Below are positions 1 to 13,228 of a DNA stretch of 64,000 nucleotides, in pieces (positions within the stretch are counted from its first letter, which is position 1; the number at the start of each line of letters is the position of its first letter). The translations under genes were made by a program, and so were the position numbers. The notes beneath the pieces are model-generated. The model searched no databases, was not told where the DNA came from, and worked only from the letters and a program-made list of their open reading frames with translations. The DNA is from the human T2T-CHM13v2.0 reference genome, Homo sapiens: the NCBI RefSeq assembly GCF_009914755.1, contig NC_060934.1. One strand, written 5' to 3'.

Positions 1-220
1 AAGTCTCATGAGATATGATGGTTTTATAAAGGGGAGTTCCCCTGCACACGCTCTCTTGCCTGCCATCATGTAAGATGTGACTTTGCTTCTCATTCACCTT
101 CCACCATGATTGTGAGGCCTCCCCAGCCACGTGGAACTGCAAGTCCATTAAACCTCTTTCCTTTATAAATTACCCAGCCCCAGGTATGTCTTTATTAGCA
201 GCATGAGACCAGACTAATAC
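1..220 (+). mobile_element. THE1/MST-type MaLR LTR, 3' part (cut by window start)
   Basis: CCATGATTGTGAGGCCTCCCCAGCC, ATTAAACCTCTTTCCTTTATAAATTACCCAG and terminal GACTAATAC; similar to the LTR at 61149-61503. Confidence 0.85.
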
Positions 221-660
221 TCCCCCAATATTCCAATGGGGACATATATCTATACACGGATCTGTTACAAGAAGTCTGGAGGAAAGAATGATTTCATCTG
301 GAAGAATTTAGAGAATGTTGCACATAATCACAGTAGTGAATGTTTGCTCCCCACTTTCCACGACCAGACCCTCCTTGAAGCCCATCATGCATTAGCTCAT
401 TTATTAAGTATTTTATGGTTATACTATTATTCCCATTAAAGAGTGAGTGACAAATATTTTCCTCAAGTAGGGACATTTGCCCATAAAAATAATAGTTAAC
501 ATCTTTTGAGGATTTTTTATGTATTGGAAATTATTCCACATGCTTTATATCTTCCAGCATGTTTATTAAAACTTCCACAATTATCCCCATTTTTGCACAC
601 AGAAAGCTGAAGTCCGGAGAGGTCAAATCACCTGGACCAAAGTTTTTAAAAACTCATTTA

Positions 661-789
661 CCCATTTATGTTGGAAGCTGCAAAATTTTGTTGTGAAAAA
701 TCAGAACTTGGTGATGACCTTGAGCAGTAGGATATAATTAACTCTCCCAAGCTCAGCGTTCCAATAATGGAACACTAGGCATAAATGGA
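661..789 (-). mobile_element. MER85 piggyBac MITE (PGBD3-related), inserted in a MIR relic
   Basis: Terminal inverted repeats CCCATTTATG...CATAAATGG(A), flanked by TTTA (657-660) and TTAA (790-793); internal palindrome GTTCCAATAATGGAAC at 758-773; matches recalled MER85 consensus. Confidence 0.88.
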
Positions 790-944
790 TTAAGGGGCAG
801 AAGTGGGATCTGAGTCCAGGTAGCCCAGGCTTTTAACCTCTACCTCTGCCTCCTCTGCTAGGTAAATAAGACATTTAAGTTGAGTCTTGGGGAAGGCATT
901 TGCCTAATGGAAAAAAGGTGCAGGCATCCGAAGCAGAGGAGAGA

Positions 945-1685
945 TGTGTTCGTTGGTTAGGGCTGCCATAATACCTTGGTAATTTATTCTTTCATGGATC
1001 TGGAGACCAGAAGTCCAAGAACAAGGTGTTGGCAGGGGCGGTTCCTTCTGAAGGCTGAGGGAGATCCTGTTCAATGCTTTTCTCCTGGTTTCTGATGGCT
1101 CTTGGGAATCCTTGGTGTTCTTTGGGTTGTTAGGTGCATTACTCTAGTCTCTGCCTTTGTCTTCATGTGACCTTCTCCTTCTGGGCATCTCTATTTTCTG
1201 TCTTATTGGATACCTGTCATTGCGTTAAGAACCTACCTAATCAAGGGTGAAACTTGAGATCCTTAGTTTTTTGTTTTTTTTTTTTTAATTTTTGAGATGG
1301 TGTCTCACTGTGTTGCCTAGGCTGGAGGATAGTGGTGCAGTCAGCTCAATGCAACCTCCACCTCCCAGGTTTAAGCAATTCTTCTGCCTCAGCTTCCAGA
1401 GGAGCTGGGAATACAGGCACATGCCACCGTGCCCAGCCAATTTTTGTATTTTTAGTAGAGATGGGGTTTCATCATGTTGGTCAGGCTGGTCTCGAACTCC
1501 TGGCCTCAAGTGATACATCCACTGACCTTGGCCTCCCAAGGTGCTGGGATTACAGGTGTGATCTGCCACACCTGGTGAAGATCCTTAGCTTTATTACATC
1601 CAAAAGACCTTAATGCCAAATAAGTCCACATTCTGAGGTTCCTAGTGGAAATATATTTTGGGGGTCACAATTCAACCAACTACAG
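945..1685 (-). mobile_element. MLT1-type MaLR LTR interrupted by an Alu
   Basis: TTAGGGCTGCCATAA, GAAGTCCAAGAACAAGGTGTTGGCAGGG, terminal CAATTCAACCAACTACA. Confidence 0.7.
1267..1577 (-). mobile_element. Alu (AluS-like)
   Basis: Poly-T followed by Alu dimer; TSD AGATCCTTAG at 1257-1266 and 1579-1588. Confidence 0.95.
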
Positions 1686-2131
1686 AGGGCACATGCAAGG
1701 CGTGGTGCCACAACACAGTTGGAGGAGGTGAGCTGTTCACGTAAGCTGCGAGGTTTTGTGGTGCTGTGGCCAGGTGGAGATGAGGCTGGGAAAACACTTT
1801 AAGCAAACAAGTGGCATTATTTGATTCCCTTGGGGTTTTGTGACCATAGAAATTAAAAGGAGGATGGATTAGAATGAAGAAAAACTGATGGCCCAGGGAG
1901 TCAGTGGAGACAACACTGTGACATGGGAGAGACTTGGTCAAGGGTCATTGGCTTCAAGGCTGTTTCTGCTTGACAGAAGTAAGCAAAGCCCCATGGACAG
2001 GTATCATTGGAGCTGAGAATTTCTTTCCACAACTGTTTGTACCTCTCAGTCTTAGACACACAAACATATTCTAACTAGGTCTAGAAAATAACCTAATACA
2101 TTTTAAACATGCTTTTTGGTTTCAAACTAAT

Positions 2132-2447
<316 letters not shown>

Positions 2448-3988
2448 CTAATGGGCAACTGCTAAACCAGTGATGGAAATCATGTCTATTTTAATCTATG
2501 TCAATCATTGGATGAGGGTATCAATATGAAGTAGCTTAAACAATTAATATCAGTTGATGTAAACTGTAAAACAGGTTGATTCCTGAGGAACTTTCTTGTG
2601 TAGCTGTTTCACATACATGTCTATGCCTTCTGATCAGTTGTTTATACGAACAAATAATTGACAGAGCTTCATAAAATGATTACACTACTCCCTTCCTCAT
2701 TCTTGGCATAAACACCTAGCATTTATCAGCTGCATAATGAAACTTCCAGTTGCATTCAAATTAGTACATTTAAATGCTTAAAATTTCACGTCAAAAAAAA
2801 TGCGACATCATCAAAGGGAAGTGAATATGATATATATATATATACTCACTTTTAGAAAAATGTACAGCATTTTATTTCCATAATAATGGCCATTTCTCTT
2901 TGTGAGAATTAAATTTCAAGTTAAAAAGAGTAGTTCTGTTCACTTAGAGAGTTTTGCAGACCAGAGACAGAGTGGCTTAAATTTTGGACAAATAATTTAA
3001 AATATTTTCAAAGAGAACTGCTTTTTAAAATTCATTTCTAAGAAACATGCTTTCTTATTAAAAGAATTTTAATGGTTTTCTTGTTCTTCATTTACAACAG
3101 ATCACACTTTGCTTAGAACATTAAATGCCAATGTTTTATTTCATTATTTGTGCTTCATTTAGCTGCCTTACTAACTAAGAACACTTAAGCAAGAAAATAA
3201 AGCTTTATAATTGCTTCATAGTTGGGCTCTTTTATTTTCAAAAGTTTTTGTATAACTCCAGTACTGTGTAAGAAGAAAAAAATTATTCAGCTTGTCACAT
3301 TTTTGTTATAAATTCCACATTAGGCAAATATAAATGTATGACTTTTTCCTTCAAAATCCTTTAACTTTTCCCTTTAATTGTAATATTCTTTTAGTTTTAA
3401 TTCTTGATAGTTTTATGTTAGCTTCTTTAATCAGTTTTCATTTTAGATACAGATTAATAATACAATTTTCATGATGCATCTATAACATGCTTGTAAAATT
3501 CATCAGCTTTGCTTTTTGATAGTGAAGTTAAAATGATGGTTAATTTGCAACAGGTGTTCATTCCCATTTTTAAAAATTCAAACTGTCTGTGGATTGATAG
3601 ATGCATGTACCAGAAAACTATAAAGAAAAGAAAGAAATGGTAGATACAAAGTTCAGGTCAATGTTATCTCTGCAAAGAGGTAGTGGAGAGAATAGGATAG
3701 AACTGAAGAAGGAGATGTGGGACTCCTAGACAATTCCTATTGTCATGTCTCTTAAGCTAAATGAGAAACTTGCAGGGTATGTACATTACTCTTAATCTTT
3801 AGACACTTCACATATTTTAGAAATATGTATTTCTATGTATTCAATCTTTAGTAAAGATAATTTTACAAAAAGAACAAGCATGTAACAGATGGAAATGTAC
3901 TAAGCCCTTATAAGAAAGTAACATAAATGGCCCCCTTGCTTACCAACTCATTTGGGAGTTGAGTAAATATCATTTTTAAATATTGTAT

Positions 3989-4285
3989 GCCCAATAATCT
4001 CAGCACTTTGGGAGGCCAAGGTGGGAGAATTACTTGAGGCCAGGAGTTTCAGATAAGCCTAGGCAACATAGCAAGACCCCATCTCTACCATTAATATATT
4101 AGACAACAAAATATTAGGTGTGCTGGCATGCACCTGTAGTCTCAACTACTTGGGAAGCTGAAGTTGGAGGATTGCTTGAGCCCAGGAGTTTAAGGCTGCA
4201 GTGAGCTAAGGTTGCACCACTGCACTACAGCCTGGGTGGCAGAGTAAGACCCTGTCTCTACAAAAGATTAAAAAATTAAAAATAA
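3989..4285 (+). mobile_element. Alu (AluJ-like)
   Basis: CAGCACTTTGGGAGGCCAAGG, GAGGATTGCTTGAGCCCAGGAG, A tail. Confidence 0.9.
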
Positions 4286-5277
4286 ATATCTTCCTATAAC
4301 TCTACTATCCTCTGGTCATTTAATATTAAATATGTTCCCCCCAAAAGCAGTAGGCTTTCATATTGGATGAATTTTACTCTTATGGACATCAATCTACAAC
4401 GAAATTGTTACAACAAAATTAAAAGAACTCGTAGTTCTTTTTTGTTCCTATTAACAGATTTTCAAGTTTAAAGTACATTCTTCTTAGTATTTTACAGCAT
4501 TGCAATGGTCCATTTATAAGAGATAATCATCATCTATTTTGTTACAGGAAGGAAGGGTGGGGCTTACTACTGCTCTGGCTTGTTGAGAAATTTCCACTTG
4601 GTTCTACGTATTCTATTAATACTTATTCCTAACACAATCATGTTTGAAGTTTTCCACTTACACCATCACTACCCTCTAGTTGTCACCCTTCATTTTAAGG
4701 GACCTAAGAGTGCCTTGAGTTCTTTAGCAAAGGGTAGTCAACATACCAACTTCCATCCTAAAATCAGGGAAAGATGAATAATGTATAACAAGAACAAAGA
4801 CAATAAAATAGAAAAGGTTCTGAAATTCTACTCTCTTTTCAAGCTAAAAAGTTAGCCTTCCACTGTTTCATAGATGTTAGGAGATATGAGACCCCAAGGT
4901 CAGAGAGGAAGGGTGTTTTCATTCTCAGCACAGCAGACAGCATGAGCTTCAGGTCCACATTTGGCTCCTCTTGTCCCTCATGTTCCACAGGGGCAATGAA
5001 GAGGCAGGTCCACATACCTGCTGTGTATACAAGAGGGTCTGTGTCACAGCTGAGGAATTCTAAGTGTAGGAATGCTTGAATCTTATAAAGTGGTCTGCAA
5101 GCAAACCTGCCCAAGCATTGCCCCAGAGAGAGGCATAGTATTTATTATACTAGTCATGAGACAAGTAAGCCTTCTGACCCAGAGGACAGATCTCTTCCTT
5201 CTGAGGCCATCTGCTATGTAAACAGAACAAAAGTTTTATAAACACTATGGAGAATTTGCCTACAACACAAATAGACA

Positions 5278-8200
5278 CAGTCATGTACCATATAATGATG
5301 TTTTGGTTAATTATGGACCACATATATGACTGTGTTCCCATAAGATTATAATGGATCTGAAAAATTCCTAACATTTAGTGTTATGGTTTGGTTATGGTTT
5401 GTTTATCTCCACCAAAACTCATGTTGAAATTTGATCCCCAGTGTGGTGGTGTTGGGAGGTGGGCCCTAGTGGGAGGTGTTGGGTCATGGGGGCACATCTC
5501 CAATGAATGGCTCAGTACTGTTCTTGTGGTAGTGATTGAGCTATCACTTTGGCAAGACTAGGTTAGTTCTCATGGGACTGTATTAGTTCCTGAAGAGTGA
5601 GTTTTTATAAAGCCTTTGCTGTTTCTCCTTGGTCATATCTACTTCTCCTTTGACCTCTGCCATGTTTAGATGCACCATGAAAGCCCTCACCAGAATCCAG
5701 AGCCATGCCCTTGAACTTCCCAGCCTGCAGAACTGTGAGCCAAATAAACCTTTTCTTTATAAATCACCAAGCCTCAAAGATTGTTATAGCAACACAAAAC
5801 AAAGACATCTAGTGATGCTGTAGCTGTCATAACATCATAAAGCAACACATTACTCATGTGATTATAGTAATGCTGGTACAAACAAACCTACTATGCTGCC
5901 AGTCATAAAAAAGTATAGCACATACAATTATGGACACTACATGATACTTGATAATGATAATAAGTGACTATCTTACTGGTTTATGTATTTATTATACTAT
6001 ACTTTTTATCGTGATTTTACAATGTACTCCTTCAAATTATAAAAAATAGGTTTACTGTGAAACAGTATGCTGTTTTACACCAGCAGCAGCCTCATACATC
6101 TTGTGTTTACCATGCTTGCTGATTGCATCATTTTCTCTTCTGCATATTTTAAACTCATGTTGCTTTGTTCAACATGGCCCCTAAGCATACAAAATCCATT
6201 GCTAATGTTGCCAGCAAAAGACCACATCAAGTGACTGATTTCGAAATGAAATTAAAAGTGAAGTAAGGACTACAAAGGTAGAAAGTCAGTGATGGTTATT
6301 GCTTGCCAGTCAGACATGTCCCATTCCACTGTAACTATAATCTGGAAGAACAAGAACAAAATGATGGAAGCTGTTAGAGGATCTGCTTCATTGAAGGCAA
6401 AGAGACTAACACAATTTTAAGAAGGGCCTACATCAGACATGGAGAAACTGCTAACGACCTGGAATGAACACCAGACACACAGGTGTATTTCTCACGGCAT
6501 TGTGACAATTATGGTCAAAGAAAAAGTTTGCCTGGGATGTTGAAAAAAAAGGCCGAACCCCATTACAATGTTGAATTTGCTGCAAGCTCTGGATGATATA
6601 AATATTTCAAGAATTATTATTATTACCTAATGTAAAAGTGAATGGTGAGTTTGCAAGAGATAATGTGAAGGCAGCTGAAGAATTTTTAGAAACTGTAAGT
6701 AAGTTAATTGTGGAGGAAAATTACTTGCCAGAGCAAATCTTCAGTAGGAATAAAATTTCTCTATTCTGGAAAAGGCTGCCTGAAAATATTTTCATCTGTA
6801 AAGAGGGAAAGTCAATATTGGGTTTCAAGGCTCTTAAGGACAGGATAACAGTCTTGATTGGGAGCAGTGGAGCAGGCTATAAATTGAATTCTTTTGTGAT
6901 ATGGCACAGTGAGAACCCCAGGTCTTCAAGTATATAAGTAGGCACCCACTGGCAGTGGACTACAGGAATAATAAGAAGTCATGAATGACCCACGTCCTCT
7001 CCTAAGTGCCCTCTCAAATTGCTATGCCAGAGAAATGGAGAAGCACAAATGGGAACTTTCAAGATTTTGCTTATTGTTGATAATCCTCACACATCCTCCT
7101 TTATTGGTGATCTTCATCCCAGTATGGAAGTAGTGTTTCTCCATTGGACAATCAGAAGACACTGATGCAATTTTGGAGGGATTATGACATATATAATTGC
7201 CTCAGGAACTTGCATGAGCTTGGCATAATGTCACCAAGGAGTGTGTAAATGGCATTTGGAAGAAGATATTCAAGAGGTTTGTTCATGACTTCAAAGTATT
7301 TTGCAAAGGATGAGGAGGGTGCAAAAATCAATAAGGCTGTGTGGTTGAGATGGCAAACAATTTTATTAAGCTAGCTGTAAATGAGGATGAAATTGAGGAG
7401 CTCACAAATAAAGGTGGTTCCTGATGAATTGACTAATGAGGAGTTGTTGGAACTGGAACAGGAATACACAGCTGAAAAGAGAGGCCAAAGAGAAGAAAAG
7501 CACATGAGAAGATAAAGAAGAACCTCATGAAAATTCACAATGACGAATTTAGCAGAAGCTTTTGCAGACCTCAACAAATTCCTTGAAAGTTTGAAAACAT
7601 GGATCCCAACATCAAAATGTTTTCATTAATAGAGAACATTCATGGTGCATTATCTGCTTACAGGCGAATGTATGACAGAAAAAAAGAGAAGCCAATCAAA
7701 CAAACCACCATGGACATATTTCCGGAAAGAGTGACTGTTCACAAAAAGAGCTTCAGGCGGGTCTCTTAGGAGATCTTCCAGAAGAAGAAAGCACTGTTAT
7801 AACAGATGGCAGCTCCACGCTGTGTGTTTGTGTCTTAATTTTTAACAAAATGTTTAAAAAATAAAATATTTTAAAAATGGCAAAAAGCTTATGGAATGAC
7901 AATATAAAGAAAATATCTTGTACAGCTGTGTAATAGGTTTGCATTTTAAGCTAAGTGCTATCACAAAAGAATCAAAAGTTTTAAAAATTGAAGAGTTTAT
8001 AAAGTTAAAAAGTTATACTAAGCCAAGGTTAATTTATTATTTAAGAAAGAATATTTTTAAATAAATTTATTGTAGCCTAATGTAGTGTGTATAGAGTCTA
8101 CAATAGTGTAATGTCCTAGGCCTTCCCATTCACTCACCACTCACTCACTTACTCACCCAGAGCAACTTCCAGTCCTGCAAGCTCCATTCATAAGTACCCC

Positions 8201-8507
8201 CATATAGGACACTTATAGGGGTGCCTTAATTGGGATACCTTTTTAAAATATTTTATACTGTATTTGTACTGTACTTTTTCTATGTTTAGATATACAAACA
8301 CTCACCATTGTGTTACAGCTGCCTACAGTATTCAGTACAGTAACCTGCTGTGCAAGTTTGTAGCCTTAGAAGCAACAGGCTATATGATATAGTGTAGGTG
8401 TGTAGAAGGCTTTGCGTAAGTACAATCTATGATGTTTGCAAAACGATGAAATTGCCTAATGGCACACTTCTCACTACGTGTCCCTGTTATTAAGCAACAC
8501 ATGTCTG
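5278..8507 (+). mobile_element. Near full-length Tigger3 (Golem) pogo/Tc1-mariner DNA transposon with decayed transposase (about 6174-7750)
   Basis: TIRs CAGTCATG... and ...CATGTCTG followed by TA; ORF 6638-6937 encodes Tigger DDE-like YLPEQIF..LFWKRLP..GFKALKDRITVL; multiple stops and frameshifts. Confidence 0.85.
5379..5807 (+). mobile_element. MST-type (MSTD-like) solo LTR nested in Tigger3
   Basis: TG...CA ends, AAACTCATGTTGAAATTTGATCCCCAGTGTG, AATAAACC; 5-bp TSD TTTAG/TCTAG. Confidence 0.82.
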
Positions 8508-9107
8508 TATAAAAAGGTGAAAGGAACAGGCAAATGCATTAGGGAAGAGAAATGGAAATAAGATTGATTATAAAACATCTCTTTAGATTGTCACCTGACT
8601 GACTTCATTAGCAACTATTGTGCTTCACTCCTAAGTCACATTAGTAATTTGTTTCCCTTCATCTGAAATATTCATGTGTCTTATACTTGCTGGCAAAGTT
8701 CTTTTGGAGCCCCTTTTTTCAGGTACGGTTCGAGGAAAAGAGGAGGTTATTAGAGATATTTTCCACAGCTCTGGTTTCATTACTGCAGTAGTAAATAAGA
8801 AACATTAAAGTCTTCAACTTATCGTTGCTCTCACTAATCAGCAGCTGAAAATTCTGTGCTTATCGTTTAAGAAGCATTCCCTTAGCAATAAAAACCTCTT
8901 TACCGCAGCTTCTCTTAATGAAGAGTGCATACAATACCCTCCCCCGAGAGAGACAATGGGATGTGCAGGAACAGATAAGCATCCTCCGTAACTTCCAAAC
9001 ACCAGCACCAAAACGAAACTCCAAGGGAAAGCACATTTGCCCTCTCTCCACCCTCTACCCACTGGCTGGACAATTTTAGTTAGTGGGGATATCTGATGAT
9101 TCCGTTC

Positions 9108-9421
9108 TTTAATTTTTCATTTTTAAAATTTTTGTATATTTAGGGGGTACCAATGCAGGTTTCTTTCTTACATTCATATATTGCACGGTGGTGAAGTCTG
9201 GTCTTGTACTGCAACTATCACCCCAATAGTGAACATTGTAACCAACAGGTAATTGTTCAGCCCTGGCCCTCCCTCCCACTCTCCCACCTTTTGGAGTCTC
9301 CAGTGTTAATTATTCCAGTCTGTATGTCCATGGGTACCCATTGTTTAGCTCCCCCTTGTAAGTGAGAACATGCAATATTTGATTTTCTGTTTCTGAGATA
9401 TTTCATTTAGAATAATGGCTC
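9108..9421 (-). mobile_element. Old L1 (L1PB/L1MA) 3' end fragment
   Basis: T-rich tail then L1 3'UTR (GTAAGTGAGAACATGCAATATTTG...TTAGAATAATGGC). Confidence 0.8.
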
Positions 9422-9719
9422 CCCTAAGTGTTTCTCCCTTATAAAGGAGTCTAAAAATCTTCCAAGCTGCAAATCAAGAGCTATTATTTTGGTCTTTTTC
9501 TTCTCCTGGGGCAGCTACTTCCTGAGGTTGTAAACAGCATCAGACCAGGTGGAAATTAGATGTACTAGGATATGAGTTGAGGTTCCTGAATCAATATCAC
9601 ATTATGGTCCTAGAGGCAAGAAGGTGAGAACTTGTCTCATTCCAGTAGTAAATCCTTGGGTGTTCTTAAAGCTGTCAATCATGAACTAAAGTTTGTAAAA
9701 ATCACGTGGAGAGATTGCA
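9410..9719. repeat. Left arm of 310-bp inverted duplication (partner 10911-11220)
   Basis: Manual ungapped alignment to the reverse complement of 10911-11220 gives 16 mismatches in 310 bp. Confidence 0.95.
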
Positions 9720-10910
9720 GAATGAAAAGAAACCGATACTATATTGCCTTGAAAACTACTATAACAAGAAGAAGGTCAAATGATGGTTGATTGAAGACAA
9801 TGTTGGAATAAGTATCCATAGAGCTATGGTTTTTCATTTCTACCTACAGGCTTTATATTATTTTTCAAGTCTCTGCAACACCAACAGCTAGTTAACCATT
9901 TGATTTGATATGGATATTTGTGTGTATGTTGGGGATGATGGGGAAATAAATACACACAGCTCTTTTAATCCGTTAAAGAAAAATGTGACTTGTGCTACTT
10001 GAAGTGAGTTTAAAATGGTATCTGAATTTCTTCAACATGTATCTGCCTCACAAAAATGAAATTTTTTACAAACTAAAACATAATCATAAAAACTCTGTGG
10101 ATTGGAATCTAATCCTGCTTTAATTCAAAATGAAAAGCTAGTTTTACTCAAACATATCTAGTTTGAGCAATATTCCCATAATAACTCAAAAGAGCACACA
10201 AATTAACTAAGTCTTTAATATCAGTGTTAATTATCAGATAATCAAGATTCTTTTTGCACATACTATGTGGCTTGATAATTCTGACCTTGGCCAGTTCCTC
10301 ATACTGCATGGAAAAAGCAGAAGGAACTCAGGAGCAGATATTATTTTTGATAAAAATAACGAACAGTTCCCAACATTAATTTTAACTATTATTAGTTGCT
10401 ATAGGAAAGGTCAAAATAGCATGAACTCATTTTTTACTGCCCTGTAGAGATATATGAGGATCCTTCCAATTTTTCTCTCTATAGTAGAGGAATACAATGA
10501 AAGTTATTTAACAATAATGGTGAGTTTTTACGTATATTTTTCAGCAGGTTATGGGTCACCATTTTTCTGTTCTTCTAAATGAATCAAGAAAATACAGTGT
10601 GTCTAACTGATCAAACACAACATAGTAGGCAAAAAAAAGATTTTTCACGTCAGCAAACAAGGAAAGTAATTTGGTCCAAAGGATTTTTTAAAAATCCTGA
10701 TTTGTGTAGTTTGTCCACACTAGATTTATTGATTATTAATTGAATTAGCTCTATCTACTGGCATTCACCCAGCCTGCCTGAGTTGACATTCCTGTCCTAT
10801 CTACCATTTACTAGTTGTATGGCCTTGATTAATTCTGTAAGTCTCAGGTTCTTCAACTTTTTTATAATATTAAAATTTATTACTAATTTAGAATGAAAAG
10901 GAACTGATGC

Positions 10911-11220
10911 TATAATCACTCCAGATGATTTTTACAAAGTTTAGTTTATGATTGGCAGCTTTAAGAACACCCAAGGATTTACTAGTGGAATGAGACAAGT
11001 TCTTGCCTTCTTGCCTCTAGGACCATAATGTGATATTGATTCAGGAACCTCAACTCATATCCTAGTACATCTAATTTCCACCTGGTCTGATGCTGTTTAC
11101 AACCTCAGGAGGTAGCTGCCCCAGGAGAAGAAAAAGACCAAAATAATAGCTCCTGATTTGCAGCTTGGAAGATTTTTAGATTCCTTTATAAGGGAGAAAC
11201 ACTTAGGAGAGCCATTATAC
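10911..11220. repeat. Right arm of 310-bp inverted duplication (partner 9410-9719)
   Basis: Same alignment as the left arm; spacer 9720-10910. Confidence 0.95.
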
Positions 11221-11359
11221 TAAGAGAACTAACTCATTAATTTATTTTTATTAATAAATAAATAATCATTTATTTATCATTATTTTTACAACGTGTTGGA
11301 TACTGTTAAAAGCGTTTTGCACAAGTTCATTCATTATTTATAACATCTCTATGAGATAG

Positions 11360-11717
11360 TGTATTAGTCCATTTTCACACTGCTGATAAAGACATACCTG
11401 AGACTGGGCAATTTACATAAGGAAGAGGTTTAATGGACTCGCAGTTCCACGTGGCTGCGGAGGCCTCTCAATCATGGTGTAAGATGAAAGCACATCTCTC
11501 ATGGTGGTAGACAAGAGAAGAGAACTTGTGCAGGGAAACTCCCCTTTATAAAACCATCAGATTTCATGAGACTTATTCACTATCACGAGAACAGCACAGG
11601 AAAGACCTGCCCCCATGATTCAATTACCTCCCACTGGGTCCCTCCCACAACACGTGGGAATTGTGGGAGCTACAATTCAGTATGAGATTTGGGTGGGGAT
11701 GCAGCCAAACTATATCA
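11360..11717 (-). mobile_element. THE1 solo LTR inserted in a MIR
   Basis: TGTATTAGTCC...CCAAACTATATCA; perfect 5-bp TSD GATAG at 11355-11359 and 11718-11722. Confidence 0.92.
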
Positions 11718-12229
11718 GATAGATAACTACTATTATCACCATTCTATTTTTTTCAGATGAGGAAACGGAGATTCACAAAAATCAGGTCATTTGTCTGAGG
11801 TCCGAGTACTGTGTGATAGAGCAAAGATTTGAACCCAGGTAGGCAGCTCTGACACCTTGACTTCTGATGACTGTGTTAGGTTCTCTGTCAACAACACTTC
11901 CTTAGGTGGTCAGGAAGTTGTGAGAAAATGCTGGTCAGGCGCATAACCCAGTGTCTGGCATATAGTAAGTACTTCAAATTCTTACATATAATTGTCATCC
12001 ACACAAACTTCCTGGGAATGATAATTAAGTCTCTACTATAAATGAGTTTAATAAGTACAACACAGGTGATGAATAACATGTACCTTAAGCAATGTAGATG
12101 TGTACCAATTTTCCCACTGAGAAATCTCCATTTTTCTATTGTTGGTGACATCATTCTCTCCATCACTCAGAATTGGTTTTTAAAAATACTTTATATATAC
12201 ATACAAAATAAAGAAGAATAAAACCATTA

Positions 12230-12607
12230 TCAGTTTCACTGGGCTAAAGTTAAGGTGTTGGCAGGACTGGCTCCTTCTGAAGAATCCAATTCCTTGCCTT
12301 TTCCATAATCTAGTGGCCATCTGCATTCTTTGGATCCTGGCCCCTTCCTCCATTGACAAAGTGCATCACTACAATCTCTGCTTCTGACATCCCATCACCA
12401 TCTCCTCTGGCTTCTCATGTGTCCCTCTCATAAGGACCATTGTAGTTATCTTAGGCCCACCTGGGTAATGCAAGCTAAACTGTTCCATCTCAAAATCCTT
12501 AAATTAATCACATTTGTAAAGTCCCTTTTGCCATATCAGGTTATATTCACAGGAGCCAGGGAGTAGGGTATGAACATATTTGGGGGGCCATTATTTAGAC
12601 TACTACA
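12230..12607 (-). mobile_element. MLT1-type LTR fragment
   Basis: AAGGTGTTGGCAGGACTGG...GGGGGCCATTATT...CTACTACA. Confidence 0.65.
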
Positions 12608-13197
12608 CTCCCATCCTTTTTCTTTTCTTTTTTTAAAATTAGTGCTAGCATCCTAAGCCAGCTCTGTTTCCTTACACATCTAATCTAACTGCCTCCTAAT
12701 TGGTCTGCTGGCTCAGAGGTGAAGCAAAAGTGATATTGAGAAGTATACACATTCTATGGGCACCAATTTATGAGGCTGTCAAAAGATGCCAGAGAATGTT
12801 TTTATTGCAATTTTGTACTGAGTTACTAACTTTATGTTTGTTGTCCATGAAACATATAAAAGTGTCCCTAATATTATTTCTGTATTTATTCATGTCTGGG
12901 CAAATATCAACACCAGATAGGGAGAGACAGCGCAAATGCATTGCATTGTCTTTGGGCACCATTTATCTTCAATGTGTCAGTATTCCTGCCTCAGTTGTTC
13001 TGTGTTACCAATCCTACACTGCAATACCAAATCCACCCTTTCAAAATACAGGATACTGGATTATTTAACAACAACAACAAAAAATGCACACACAATAAGG
13101 AACAAAGACAGTCAGTGGCTCCCAATTGCCTACAGTCATGATTCTCAAATGTATTCAAGTTCAAGAATAACTAAGTCACGTTGCTCCAGGAATGTCA

Positions 13198-13228
<31 letters not shown>

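Noticed and set aside
1285-1613. Short ORFs such as [12 protein letters not shown]... (also at 19386, 28200, 29989, 58798)
   Set aside because: Alu-derived spurious translations
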